A stretch of DNA of 64,000 bases, from the NCBI GenBank assembly GCA_015680685.1, contig MNCI01000651.1:1603832-1667831 (forward strand), in the 5' to 3' direction. Source of the DNA: Gnetum montanum. Its lineage: Eukaryota > Plantae > Gnetophyta. The notes under the pieces are model-generated. The model did no database searches. It was not told the DNA's origin and saw only the letters and a program-made list of their open reading frames with translations. Shown in pieces: positions 1 to 13,100 of the stretch; position 1 is the first letter of the stretch; each line of letters starts with the position of its first letter. Made by a program: the position numbers and the translations under genes.

Positions 1-907
1 AAATACATCTTAGCAGTTTTGGAGAGAACTCAGAAAAAGATGTCTTCTAAAATAGCAAGATGTATTTCATAGACAAAGACATTTTTCACAAGGCAGAGAC
101 ACCTTTACAAGCTGTAGACTAAGTCTAGAAAGATGTCTTCCACAAGAAAAAGACATCTTCCAGAGTAGAGACTTCAGAAATATGCCTTTTAGGAAACAAA
201 AATGTCTTTCTAGATTTGAAGGAGAATTCAAAGAGATGTCTTAGGCATAAGAAATGTCTCCTAGGACTATTAGTGATTGTTAGCTAGCCATTGTATGAGT
301 TTCAAGAAGGATTTAGCAACACGACAACTATAAGAAGACTTGATGTACATTGGGAAAAGTGCAAGCCTTATTGTATTCATTATATAATCACTTGTAATCA
401 TTGAATTCTATGTTACTCTTCATTGTCATATCATTTTGACATTGTAAGGTGTGTTGTATCTAATTGTACAAGGATTAGAAAATTAAGCTATAATAATTCC
501 TTGTAATTCTTGTTGTTGTTACCCTGTAGGATTGAGTTGCTTAAGCTTATTAGGATGCTACAAGATTGAGTTGTTGGTGTTGTAGTACACATTCCGGTGA
601 AGAGCTTAAGATTGTAAAGGTTGTGGAAGCCTTGAAACCACATTTCCAAGCCTAATAGGACCTTGCAGGATTGAGTGATAGGTGGTGTGGTACAACACTC
701 TAGATTGAGGCTTGAAGATTATATAAGGTGTGGATCCTTCAACCACATTTAGAGAGCAATGTAGTCCAGAGGTGTGCTTGTGATCTACCCTCTAAGCATG
801 GAGTACCCATGTTGGGGAACCACATAAAGTTGTGTGTGTGCTTTGTTTTAAAAAGGTTCAATTTGGGAAGCTTATTCATCCTCCCTTTTTAAGTTCTACA
901 ATCCACA
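1..907 (+). repeat. LTR (3' or solo; start lies outside the window) of a SIRE-like Ty1/copia family related to the LTR at 13523-14710
   Basis: Same layout as 13523-14710: AGATGTCT/AGACATCT clusters, CTATAAGAAGACTT TATA box (~328), duplicated GGATTGAGT..CCACATTT blocks, and an end CTTATTCATCCTCC..AAGTTC..ATCCACA. No PBS follows it. Confidence 0.8.
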
Positions 908-2212
908 TCTAGCATCACTTGGAATGATGTAGCATTCCCAGAAATCTATTGTGACCATTCTCCCCCTCCTCTTGACTGTAATAAGATTTGGCCACTAGTA
1001 GGATCTATTGAGATTTTTGGCCTAGTTGCATCATCAATTACTTTATAAAGGTTGTCTCCTTCACGTGTTCCCTAGCTGATAATCTCTACAATCTATAGCA
1101 GATGACTCATTGAAGGTCTATAATCTTACAATGGTGGTGGTGGAGCTTGTTGTTGTTCTTCTTACTATTATTGTTGTTGCTGCCAGTAATCAATTAGTTG
1201 CTAGGTATTGGGTCTTGCTTGCTATTGTTGAACTCTAGTTTGGATGGTTTTAATAGGAGTTGAGTTTGTTGCTCCCCTAGTACCTACCTATTTATGCACT
1301 TAATCTTTTTTTGGTGGCATTGGCTTTGACATCTTAGCATAGGAAGCATTTTATGCTTTCCTTAGAACATCATTGGTATAGCTTGAGATTCCTGCATATT
1401 TGCATAATTTCTCGATAAGGCATGGGAATGGTAGTGTAGGTTTCTCTACCTTCTTTTCTTCAATTTCTAGGAAGTAGAGATGGGTAGTGTTGATGTTGAA
1501 TTTTGCATGAAAATGACACTTCCTCTAGCTGCATATGTAGATATTCTATTCAATCTCTTTGTAGGGAACAAGTGATAGGTGCCAATCTTGAAATAAATTT
1601 TCTTTTTGGTAGTTAGCTCACTATATTCTTTGTTCTTGTTGCCATAAGATCTGTGTAGCCACAATCTTTTAGCATTAGTGTTAGATGTCTTGAGATTTGT
1701 ATAACATTAGCCCCTTCATTGGAAAAATTTAGAGCTTTGGCTATCGCCTCTACTAAGTATGGCTCAAAAATTCCTTCAATTTTCGCCATGGCATCTACTT
1801 GTTTGTTTTGCCAAAATTGTAGTGTCTCTCTTGAGTATTAGTCTCCACTTGTTGTCAAGGTTGATCACAAGGAAGATGATTGGAGTTGGGTCTTGACAAC
1901 ATATAGGGAAAAATCCATAAATGGACCAAAGTCAAGTTCCACAATTACTATGGACATGATAAACTTTTCTTGAAGGTATTCATGTTAGAGCATGAGGTGT
2001 AGTCCTTGTTTTGGTGCTTGTGGTGCCTCAACCTCAACTTTGGTAGGTTGTTTGGTAGTAGGTGTTTGTTGATGGATGCTAAAAGACTATGCCTCCTACT
2101 CTGCATGTTCTACTGGTGGAGTTTGTTCTCTAGTGCAACCTCTTCCTTAACCTCTTGGTCTTTTGATTCCCTATTGTGAGGGTCCTCCTTCAGATATCCT
2201 TTTTGGTGCCAT
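908..2212 (-). pseudogene. Athila-type env-like/accessory ORF, degenerate
   Basis: Reads MAPKRISEGGPSQ*GIKRPRG..., VDAMAKIEGIFEPYLVEAIAKALNFSNEG and FPCLIEKLCKYAGIS (Athila env-like FP-LI--LC--AG motif). Homologous to the + strand ORF at 26173-28700. Confidence 0.7.
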
Positions 2213-2963
2213 CTATAATCAATAAGGATCAAAGATCATTAAAATTTTCATATTATTTTTGTATAAGTCTTTGCCTTATTCATTCCTTTTGTTAGATCAA
2301 GTGCTTACTATATTATGATTACAAAATTACAGAAATTTCCAAAAGAAACCCCTTATATGTCATGTCTTTTGTTTTATGATCTCCCACACTTATTATCTTT
2401 TAGCTCATAATATCTTAGAATTGATTGGAATTTGTTATTAGGATAGTTTATTAAACGTATTTAGCTTAAATGTACCAACTTTATTCATGTTCTATCTTAC
2501 TTACCCTTATAAACTATCCTCCAGAGTTAGATAATTATTTGAAAAATTTGGCTTAGATTTTCCTTAAGGTCATCCCCAATGAGTAAGATGAGCACTTTGG
2601 GATTAAATAAGTTTAAAAATAATAAAAATTGGAGCTTTATGATGCAAGTTATAGCTTGGGAAAGGGAGGAGATTAGAGCTCAAAAGAAGAAAATCAAAAA
2701 ATCCTCTTGTACCAAATGATGAAAATGAAAAATTTGTCTAACTTCCCACCACTATATATACTATTTTTGCCATGCGACATCATTGATATGACATCTAATC
2801 AATGATGTATGAGGGCCTCATACATTGTATCAATGAAAAATTTCAATTTTCATTTTTAAGTTTTGGTGGAAAAATGAGTTAAACTAAAGGATAGGAAGAT
2901 AGTAAGCATTCTGAGAGGATCTTGGAGTATATATGATGCTATGGTTGTGAAAATGGTTTAGGG

Positions 2964-3922
2964 TGTTGCACCTTAATAGACCACAATAGGACCAAATCCA
3001 TAACTTTCAAGCAGATCTAGCATAGAAAATAAGAACAACATAATAAAATAGAGAAAATCTTCCTTATATTAAGATAATTTTCAAAATACATAGAAAATAC
3101 ATCAAACATGAGGAGCCAAGCTCAACTCACAACTCTTGCAAGGATCTTAGAGGCCACACTTGTCCTCTCTTAATCCTCAATTGCTCATAATGGAGCCCAA
3201 GCTTAATACAAGACACTTATAAGAGATTCTCCTAATCTTTCTTAAGTGTTCTCCCTTGCCTCTCACTCAACTTCCTTGCACAAGCTCTCTTCCCTCAAGA
3301 GCTCTCTCTCTTGCTTTCTATTGGGATGTTTGGCCTTCGGTGTTTTCCCTATGACACTTGGCACTTTGACACTTGGCACTGTGGCAACAACAATAATGAA
3401 TTACATTAATATTTATAAGAAATCGAAAGGTAAAAATCCTAGAAACCTTTCCTCAACTCAACTTGAGGTTCTCCAACCATTTCCCAAGTCTTCTCACCTT
3501 CTCTTTGGTTGTTTCCATCTTGCTTCAATTGTTTCCATCTTACTTTTGCTATTTCCCAAATTGGAACAGGCGTTTTTGGAAGTTTCCCCATGCGTTTGGG
3601 TTGTCTCTAGCTTCATGTAGATGTCTCCTATGAAAGCCTTGCTGATGAGAGAGATGTCTACTATTTTTGATAAACATCTGCACTTCAAAAAGACATCTCT
3701 TCTGAAGCTGCCAAAAATAAAAGTTCTCATTTTGATGCTAGAAGCCTTCAGATGCCTCCCAACAATTCCCCATAGATCCTAGAACCTCCTAAACTCATCA
3801 AAATAAACCAAAAACACCTCCAAACATGCCAAAACATCCAAGAATCATCCTCAACAAAATAAACTTGAAAAGATAAATAGAATGTAGGGTAGAACAAAGG
3901 GATTAGAAGAGGTGTCCCTACA
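2964..3922 (-). repeat. Solo LTR of a separate family inserted in element A
   Basis: TG..CA termini (minus strand starts TGTAGGGACACC and ends GGTGCAACA), minus-strand TATA near 3411-3418, AGATGTCT/AGACATCT cluster at 3619-3700. No clean TSD. Confidence 0.55.
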
Positions 3923-5100
3923 CTAGAAGAATAGTCATCTAAAGTTCATAAGGAGGGAATCTCAGGCTATGAAAAGTTTATTAAGTGTTTTGGATGGATA
4001 AGAGATGGGTAATGAAGTTTTATTGTTTGAACACATTATGAGATGTTAAGGGAAGTATTTATTGAGTTACTTAGTATTTTGGAAGGCCTAAGATCATGTG
4101 AGATTGCTTGCCAGGTATAAGATACAACAACTATACAAGTGGGTCCTCCCCAAAGTAGGCTCCAACCCTTAATGCTGTTGTATAACCATACCTAAAAGTT
4201 TCCGTAGGCACTCAAGGAGTTGAATGTTACACATAATTATTTAGCAAAACACATGTATTAGTATTACAAGGTTGGGAAAATTACTTTATGTCATACAAAA
4301 CCACAAGTTATAATTAAATATACAGTGAGGTGAGATGGATCCTAGAAAGAATTGTAGAGGACTAGGGAATGAGGTATCTTACCATTGGAAGAACAAACTT
4401 TCACATTTTATTAGTGGTTAAAGTAATCATTAGCCATTCTATCCAAGATTTGAACCAAGTCCAAACCATGTCGAGTCACATCGCATTGTTTCACCTCTTA
4501 GATTCACAACCATAAGACTATCACAATGGCAAGGAGTATCATCACTTGGTGTTTTGTCCAAGTTAGGAGTTTATTCAGTGCACCTTTTTTTTTTGAAATT
4601 TCTTAAAAGTTTCCTACCTTTAGGAATGGGTAACATGTGTTTTTACTGGGACCCCCAAAAATTTATTTTGTACATGTATTTTATTTTTAGTTATGTCAAC
4701 CATACCAGAGGACTACCTTCAAGCATGGGTAATATTTCTTTCTAGTGACATGGTAAGGTAGCATTTATTGTACTCTTACTTCCATTTTTCATTAGATCTA
4801 CAAGGATATAATACAACCTTATCAACATGATAGAACATACAGTAGTGATCCAAGAGATTCCACAAATCCCCTTGATTTCACACCCTTCACATTTCCACTT
4901 AATTCTTCACTCTTCTATCTAGGCATAATGATCACAATTTTATTCTTAGTTTTATTAGAAAATGAATATCATTATGGCCATGGTAAGAACCTCTTATTCT
5001 TGGAATGATTGGATGGATGTTATGGTCTCACTATACTATTAATCAATCCCTTAGAACTTGACAACATAGAGAAATCTTCATTTTATTGGACTACATCTTG

Positions 5101-5232
5101 CCTTATTCCTGGTGTTTTATTAACAATAAAAAATATGTACATAGAGAATGAAAACAAAGTGACCACATCTTTCCTTATTCTTGGTGTTTGATTAATAATA
5201 AAAAATATGTAGAAAGAAAATGAAAACAAAGT
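5101..5232. repeat. Direct duplication of a 60-bp unit (5101-5160, 5173-5232), followed by an A-rich low-complexity tract to ~5430
   Basis: CCTTATTCYTGGTGTTT..GAAAACAAAGT occurs twice. Confidence 0.8.
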
Positions 5233-5879
5233 ATGAAAAGAATTGTAAAATTTAGTAAGAATGGAAAAAGATGAAAAGAATGAAAAATGTTAGAGGAATG
5301 GAAAATTAGTAAAGAATCAAAAAAATGTCAAGAAAGTACGAAATTATTAAGAAATTGAAAAGTATAAAAGAATGGGCAAAATGTATTAGGAAAGTAGAAA
5401 AATGAAAAGAAAATGAAAATTAAGGAAAGTAACTATGTGTCTAGATAGACACCTCCATGACTATTATGAGGACTAATTATTCTAAACATGGAACAAGCCA
5501 AAGATGTTTGGACTGATTGGGTAGATCCCTTGAGAATATTAGGATATTCATGATAGGGTTTGGCCTATTGGATGTTGACAAGCATGAGCTTATGTGGGTT
5601 CAATAGGTGATGAATGTGTAAGGCACCTAAAGGATAAGTTGATTGAACAATGTATGGTCCTTCCCAAAGCATTTGAATTTAGCCTTTTGTGACACATGAT
5701 TTGGATTATAGTATAGGATCTTCTCTCATGGTTGTATTATCACTTTCCTTATCTGTGTGTCATGTCTATGTTTGGAGTAATGCTTATGGACTTCGTTGTG
5801 CATTAGTGCTACTAGCCCATTTTTCTCTAAGAGATTCAAATTCATCAATCATTCCTTTTGGGCTAGGCTCAGGCTTAGG

Positions 5880-8800
5880 TCAAGTTCATTGGTAGTAGCT
5901 AACGTTCAGAGCTCTACTTGGATAGTGAGTCTCGGTAATTTTTTGTAAACTAGCTTGTATGGTGAATATCCAATAGGTAATTTCCATGATGTTCTATAGG
6001 CCCATAGAGCATCATTAAGTTTAGTGCTTTAATCCTTCTTAAGTTTACTAATTATCCTAGTTAAGATTCTGGTAAGTTTATGATTAGTAACCTTAGTTTG
6101 ACCATTGACTTATGGGTGATATGGTGTAGTCAAGTTATGATTGACCCCTAGTTCTTACATGAGCTTTTTAAAGGTAGCACTATTAAAATGAGTTCAATTA
6201 TCTAATATAAGCATTCTAGGCACTCCAAATTTGTTCACCATATTTTGTTGGAAGAAGTTCGTAGCTATCGTGGCTATGCAATCTTCAACTATCGCAACCT
6301 TTGCCCACTTAGTATGGTAATCCACGGTCATAATAATGTATGCTTTTCCATTCGACATAGGTGTTACAACTTCTATAAAATTAATTTTTCAAATATTGAA
6401 TGGCTCCAAAGGTTTGATCCACTACTGTGGCCCTTCATTTTTGGATGTCATTCCTCTATCTTTCTAGCACCTTTAGCAAGACTGTGCAAAGTTGTGGACA
6501 TCTTTGGACAAGGTAGGCTAGAAGTAGCCTACCGTCATTAGTTTGAGTGCCATTATACACCCTACATAGTGGCCCCTACATGGACTTGCATGGGCATCCT
6601 ATAAGATTTGTTGTTGGTTACATTGTGGCACATACCATCTAACTAGCTTATCTGCATAAATCTTATATAGGTTTTCATTGATTTCCATGTATCTTTTTAA
6701 TTTATGAAGGAATTACTCTGTTTTCTTTTTGCTTCATTTAATAGGAAGTTTTTGTGTAGTTAAGTAAGTCATGTAATCAACCATCCATGACTTCCCTGTT
6801 GATTCTACAACCTTCATTATTTGAGTAAATAGGTCCTCATTAGGGAATTTGTTAGATAATGGTTCTGTATACTCCTGGGAATCCCATCTGAGCCTTGATA
6901 AATGATCAGCAACAACATTTTTAGTGTTCTTTTTATCAATCATTATGATTTAGAATTCTTGCAAAATTATAAGCCACTTGATCACTCTAGGATTAACTAT
7001 TGGATTGTTCATGAGAATTGCATTGTGATCGATATGGACATAAATCTAATACCCAAGAATAGAATGTTGAATCTTTTCAAGTGCATACATCATGGCCATG
7101 ATATCCTTTTCCATTGTGGTATAGTTTAGTTGTACCTCGATGATGCCAGCATAGTGTATATAGTAGGGTGTCTTCTAATCATCTAACTACGTCAACACTA
7201 CACCAAGCGCATAGTTAGAAGCATTTGTCATAATATGAAAAGGCTTGGACCAATCTAGATCTTGAAGGATTGGTGTCTTGATCACTTTTTTATTTTAGGG
7301 TTTCAAATGCCTTTTCACAAGAGTCATACCATAGATAGTGAAAGATGTTAGATCATTCTTAGGCCATATGAGATACTATCGGAGGTTCATAGAGAATTTC
7401 TCCAAGATTGCAAAATCGTTAGTAGAACTAACAAACAAGGATGCATCCTTCAAGTGGATAAAGGATCTACTTCTATTCCTTTCTGAGAAACTTTATGTCC
7501 CAATACAATCCCATTCTAGACCATGAGATGGCTTTTCTACCAATTGAGCTTGAGATTTATTTCTACACATCACTTTAATACTTACTCTAATCAGTCTAGT
7601 GCTTACTTAAAATCTAGCCCATATGTTGAAAAATCATCCATGAACACTTCAATGCCATTTCATATTTGCTTTTTGAAGATACTGAGTATGAGTCTTTGGA
7701 ATGTGGTGGGCATATTGCAAAGACCAAATGGCATTTGTTTGTAGACAAATGTTCCACATGGACTGGTAAATGTTATTTTCTCTTGGTGTTTTGGTACAAT
7801 TTAAATCTGATTGTATCCACTATATCCATCTAGAAAACTATAGTAGTTGTGTCTTGTGATAGTATCCATGACCTGATCAACAAACAACAAAGAGAAGTGA
7901 TCCTTGAATGTGGCAACATTCAACAATTGGAAATCAATGCACACTCGTGACTTGCCTTCCTTCTTTGGAATGGTTACTAAAGGACTTACCCATTCACTAT
8001 CCATGATAGGATAGATGAATCCTACCTTTAGTAATTTCTCCAACTCTTTCTTGATGAATTCTTTTAGTTTGGCATTAAGCTGTCTTTGGAGTTGGTGTCA
8101 TGGTTTGACTGCTGGATTTGTATATATCCAATGTTGACAAATTCTTGGATCAATACCTATGATCTCATCATAGGACCACAAAAATGCTATAGGCCACTGT
8201 TTGATGACTTCCAATAACTTCTTCTTCTAATCTTCATTTAGGTTGATGTTTATTATTATTAGCTTCTTGTTATTTAAGAAAGCATATTCTAATGTTGCCA
8301 ATAGGGCCTTTTGTTCAAATGGTTCTAGTTCTAGAGTATATGGGATTTCTAATTGTCCCCAATTTGTTTCTTCTACCTTCATGTGAATAGGAATGCCTCT
8401 TTCTTAAGTATTCCAATTTATCAATTTCTTCTACATAGGCACTTTTAATTTGATCAGTTGGTTCCATGTATTTGCTAGATTTTATCTCTGCATCTGTAAA
8501 TAGCCACTGGGTACCTTCTTGTTGGGTGGCTGCTGCATATAGACATTTCTACACACATTTCCTTTATACATATCTTGCATGTTTTAGTATTTTTATTTTG
8601 AACTATCCATATCCTTTGCACATAGTTGCACCTATTATTGTTGTATGTGATACATTGAACTCTACATCTTTGAATGATGCCAGCTTTATCTTCCTTGGAG
8701 ATTTCCAAGGAACAATCTTGAATACTGAGCTTAGCATCAATAGTGCTAAGCCAAGCTCTTTCGATTATGATCAAGAACTTTCCCTTGTTTTTACCTACTT

Positions 8801-9060
8801 GGATAACTAGAAAATTAGTAGGGTAAGACCAACCATTGATGGTAGTAATCACGTTATCCACTTGTCGTAAAAAAATTGTGATCGACTAGTTTGCAATCTC
8901 TAACTAAATATTACTCTTCTTCAAGGGTGGTAGATTCTAGGCTTGGTACATGTCTTCTAAGATTAGGTTCACCCCTGACCCAAAATTGAGTAGAGCCTTG
9001 CATGATTTTTTCCCTACTACTTGAAGGTATACCAAGGGACTCCCTAGATTTGTTCATTTC
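5880..9060 (-). pseudogene. pol: pol (PR-RT-RH-INT) of element A, with many stops and frameshifts
   Basis: RT EWVSPLVTIPKKEGKSRVCIDF..YYSFLDGYSGYNQI (7801-8043); RH NVVADHLSRL (6734-6943); INT zinc finger and core at 5900-6600; protease at 8700-9060. Confidence 0.92.
7333..7460 (+). other. Inverted RT/RH-connection segment inside the minus-strand pol
   Basis: The + strand reads VKDVRSFLGHMRYYRRFIENFSKIAKSLVELTNKDASFKW. This is the piece missing between minus-strand KGIEVDP (7462) and WYDSCEKAFETLK (7331). Confidence 0.85.
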
Positions 9061-10100
9061 TGTGGAAGTGCTCATGCCTTAATCCAATGGGTAATGGTTT
9101 ATGTTAGCTTGATAGTAGTGATGTTTGATTAGTTGATGATTATGGAAGCTTGTGACTTTTAGGAGGACTGGATGTGGATGAAGTAGGAGTAGATGTAATG
9201 GCCATCCTTTGAACCCTTTCTAGACTCATTTGAAAGAATAATCATTTTCTAGATTATGGTTCATGTGAGGTTACTTTCTTCAACATTTTAACCATTCTAG
9301 TTGTACTTTTCTATTGTTGTTAAGATGATACTTCCCCTTGCATTACCAGAAGGTGGCACTAGTGGTAAGGAATTGGGATGTTGGTTTGAGGAACCAATTG
9401 GTTGAGGATGTATGTATGAGTTTGAGTCTTTCCTTGGTGGTGTCGGTCTATGGTATTAATCTAGATAATATTGTGGAGCTTGAACAACTGCATTTCTTAG
9501 ATAGATTGGATGTTGCACATAGTATCCATATGGGTCTGGTTGCTGATATGGATACTATTGATGCGATTGTGGCATGGCCTACAATTGGAATTGTTACTAC
9601 TACTGATGATACTACACCTAGGGGTATGGGTAGGCTCCACTAGGATAGTGCATGGGTTGGAAGGCTTACTTGTAGTTACCTTGAGGGTAAGGTAACCATT
9701 TTGGCATTTTTGTCTTGATAAAGTTAGGTTTAAGTGCATATACCCCTATTTCTTGTGAGGGTATCATTATAGGACAACATCTTTGGGATGTTCGTATTGG
9801 CATATGACACATCCTTCCTTATCCCCGAAGATGGTTTTTGAACATTTAGCCATTGAAGCCACTTTTTTCTTTTTTCCAAAATCTCTTTTCTTCTTCTTGT
9901 TCTTGCCTTTACTGAAGTCTTTCTCAATTCATTCCTCCACAATCTTTAAATTTGTTGCAAACTTCTCATCAACTAAATCCCACATTTTTTCTACCTCAGC
10001 TACTATGTTAGTGATAGATTTCTCAATAGGTAGAGTCTTCTTCTAAATCACCTAGTCCAAGGTCTCTTCTTCTTGTGGATCAAAAACTCGTGCATCCATT

Positions 10101-13100
10101 TTGAGAGAAATAAAATCTAGAGGTATGGAAGTGAACTACCCTCCAAGTGTGAACTACCCAAGTTAGGGAACCACAATCAATTTGGTTGTGGTTTTTGTGG
10201 TGATTAATCTCTGATTTAGTAAACTTATTCATCCTCCTCTTCTAAGTTCAATGATCCTCAAGTGGTATTAGAGCCTGGTACTCCTAGTTTTGAGTGTAAC
10301 AACTCAAGAGTGAACAATGGAAGGAGGATTTTAGATCAAGTCACCAATGTTCAATGGTATCACCTTTACATGTTGGAAGACTCAAATGAAAAAATGTTTT
10401 AAGTACATGAGGTTCATAGTTTTGGTTTTCATCTTCGATTAATGCACTAAACTCATCAACAACATTTTGAGTAGTAAAGGTAAGAGAAGAGGTAAGAACT
10501 CTAAACTTTCAAATTTTGATAGTTTTTTGACAGAATGCTGGATATGTGGTGGAAGAGGCTATATGGCCTTTGAATTCTTCAATGCTTACAGGTTTCAAGA
10601 GAAAGAGTATAGTGAATAAAGAAGAAGTAACATCCATAAAAGCTAAAATGATGAAGAGGAATAAGCTCAAGAATATAAGATGGAAAGAATTATCTACACC
10701 AGCTGGGATGATGGAGAAAAAAGTGAGGAAGAGGTAGATAGCACTATAAAGGACTTACACCTCATCTTCATGGTCCTTATAGATGATGATGCTAGCATCT
10801 TAGATGATGAATTCAAAGTTGAACAAGAAAGGTTTGAACTTATGTGCAATGAACTTTTATCACTTCAAAGTCTTTGCACCAAGGTGAGTAAATAGGTAAA
10901 AATTAAGGATTAGGATATCTATTCCTTAAATTCAAAGATTTTAGATCTCACAAAGAAAATCACAAGCTGCAGGGCTAAGAATAAAGAGCTAACCAAATCT
11001 TGTAAGTAGATGAAGGAAGAGCTTACAAATGTAAAACTTGTAAATGAAAAGCTAGTTAAAAGGAAAGAGTCACTTTGGATGGTCCTAGGTCAAGGAAGAA
11101 GTCCACATGATAAGAGTGGGCTAGGATGTTGTACACTAGACATATCATCCACATTATCTCCATCTCAACCAATAGCAGCCCCAAGGAGTGACGAATCAAT
11201 GGGAACAACATCTTAGTCAACAATAGCTTCAAGGTATGATCATTTTAACTACTATAGGAAGATGAGATGTTATTATTCTCATAAATTTTGGCATAAGCCA
11301 TGGGAGTACAAATTAAAGTTTTATCATATGAATATTTGGTCATACGATAAGGCTCCTTGGTCTTAGCAAAATGTACTAAGAAAGGAAATTGGTAGGACCA
11401 TAGGAAAAATTGAAGAACTTAAAAGGAAAAGGCTGTTAAGAAAGAATGGAAAGCCAAAAGAAAGAAACATGGAAAGGAGGAGACTCTCTTCAACAAATTT
11501 GTGAAAGGAAGCCAAGCCTTGAAAGTTGAAGAAGTCTATTGATGAGCAATGGGGCAATCTAAAACCCAACCATACAAGTCACAAGTGTTCATGCATTACT
11601 TGATCATAATCCATGGATGACCAATGTTATTATGCTACTAATTGAGTTGAAGTTGGAGACTTTTATATTTCCACTTTGAGTTTTGGTGAAAGCTAAGTAT
11701 ATGGTTTAACTTGTAGTGAGGCATATGATAACTAATGTTGTTAAGTCCATTTTACTCCTAGTGATAAAAGTAATTGAGTGAAATTAGATCCAAGTCTAAG
11801 TAATTACAAGTAAGTCTACTCTAGTCTAAGATAATTGGTATTTGGTTTTGATTTTTCATACACACCTTGGACTTCATGTAACCATTACTAGGCTACGAAG
11901 CATTATGCTACTGGGCATACCAAGCAATAACACCACTAGGCTTACCAAACAATTACACTTAAGAATTCAAAATTAGTCATACTCATTCTATTTTGTATTA
12001 GCAAGTAAAAGTAAAGTACTTTGGAAAAATAAAGTGCTATGCTAGGAAAGAATTAAACATTATGCTAAGTGAAATAATAAACTAGGAGAATGCTGCAATG
12101 GTGGAAACTAGCTTGATCTTTATTTTTGTGCATAATTCATGTCCAAGTACAAACTATTCAAACAAAGATTCCATTCACTATGACACACCACACTATAAGC
12201 ATTCACATTTGTAATAGCTAAGTCTAAATTTGAGAAACAAAACTGTAAGAATCTAGTTACTATTGGAATGGAAAATTAGCAGATTGTGCATCCAAGTATT
12301 GTATTTATAGGGTTGCACACATCCCAAGACATTGTATCAACGATGATAGATCATGGAAAGTGACATTGGATTAATGATATCATTGATTCGATGTTGTATG
12401 ACTTCAAAATTTGACTTTATCATTTATGTAAGAAGAGAAACCTTGAAAGAGGAATCTCATTCTCTAGCACTCTAGGCATCTTAATTCTCAATTGCAAGTA
12501 ACGTAAGTCAAGGTAAGTTTCTATTTCCTTGCTTGCTAAATATCATGTCAATATGTAATTTGGAGAATTAAGAAAGACTAAATTTTGTTGATGTGTGCTT
12601 ACTTTATTTCAAGCTATGGGATGTTAGCTTCAGCAATATACAAATTTTAAGATAAGTGTTTACAAGTGAAGATATTTGGTACTGGTTGAATATTTGATTA
12701 TGGTATCTTTTGTGAATGTATGAGCATGATGTGATTAATCTTATAATTAAATGAAAGCTTGTGGTACTTGTAAAATTTTAAAAGTTTTTATTAAAAAATC
12801 TTCTTTTGATATATTAATTTCAAGTGGTTTAAAATCCTTGGATAAATCTCATGATATGAAAATCCTTTTGCCTTGAGATATGGATTTGTTTTGACATCAT
12901 AAAGTCAAATTTCTTTTGGAAGATTTTTGTAGTATTAATATTGAAGAATTTGAATTAGTACCTTTGATGAAATTCATGAATCTTTTGAGAAAATAATCCT
13001 TGCAAAAGAAATCATTATGAAGACCATTAATTGAAGACCCTAGTCTCCACACTTGGTCTTAATGTTGTATTGCAAGGAAAATTCTTGATGATAAATGATC

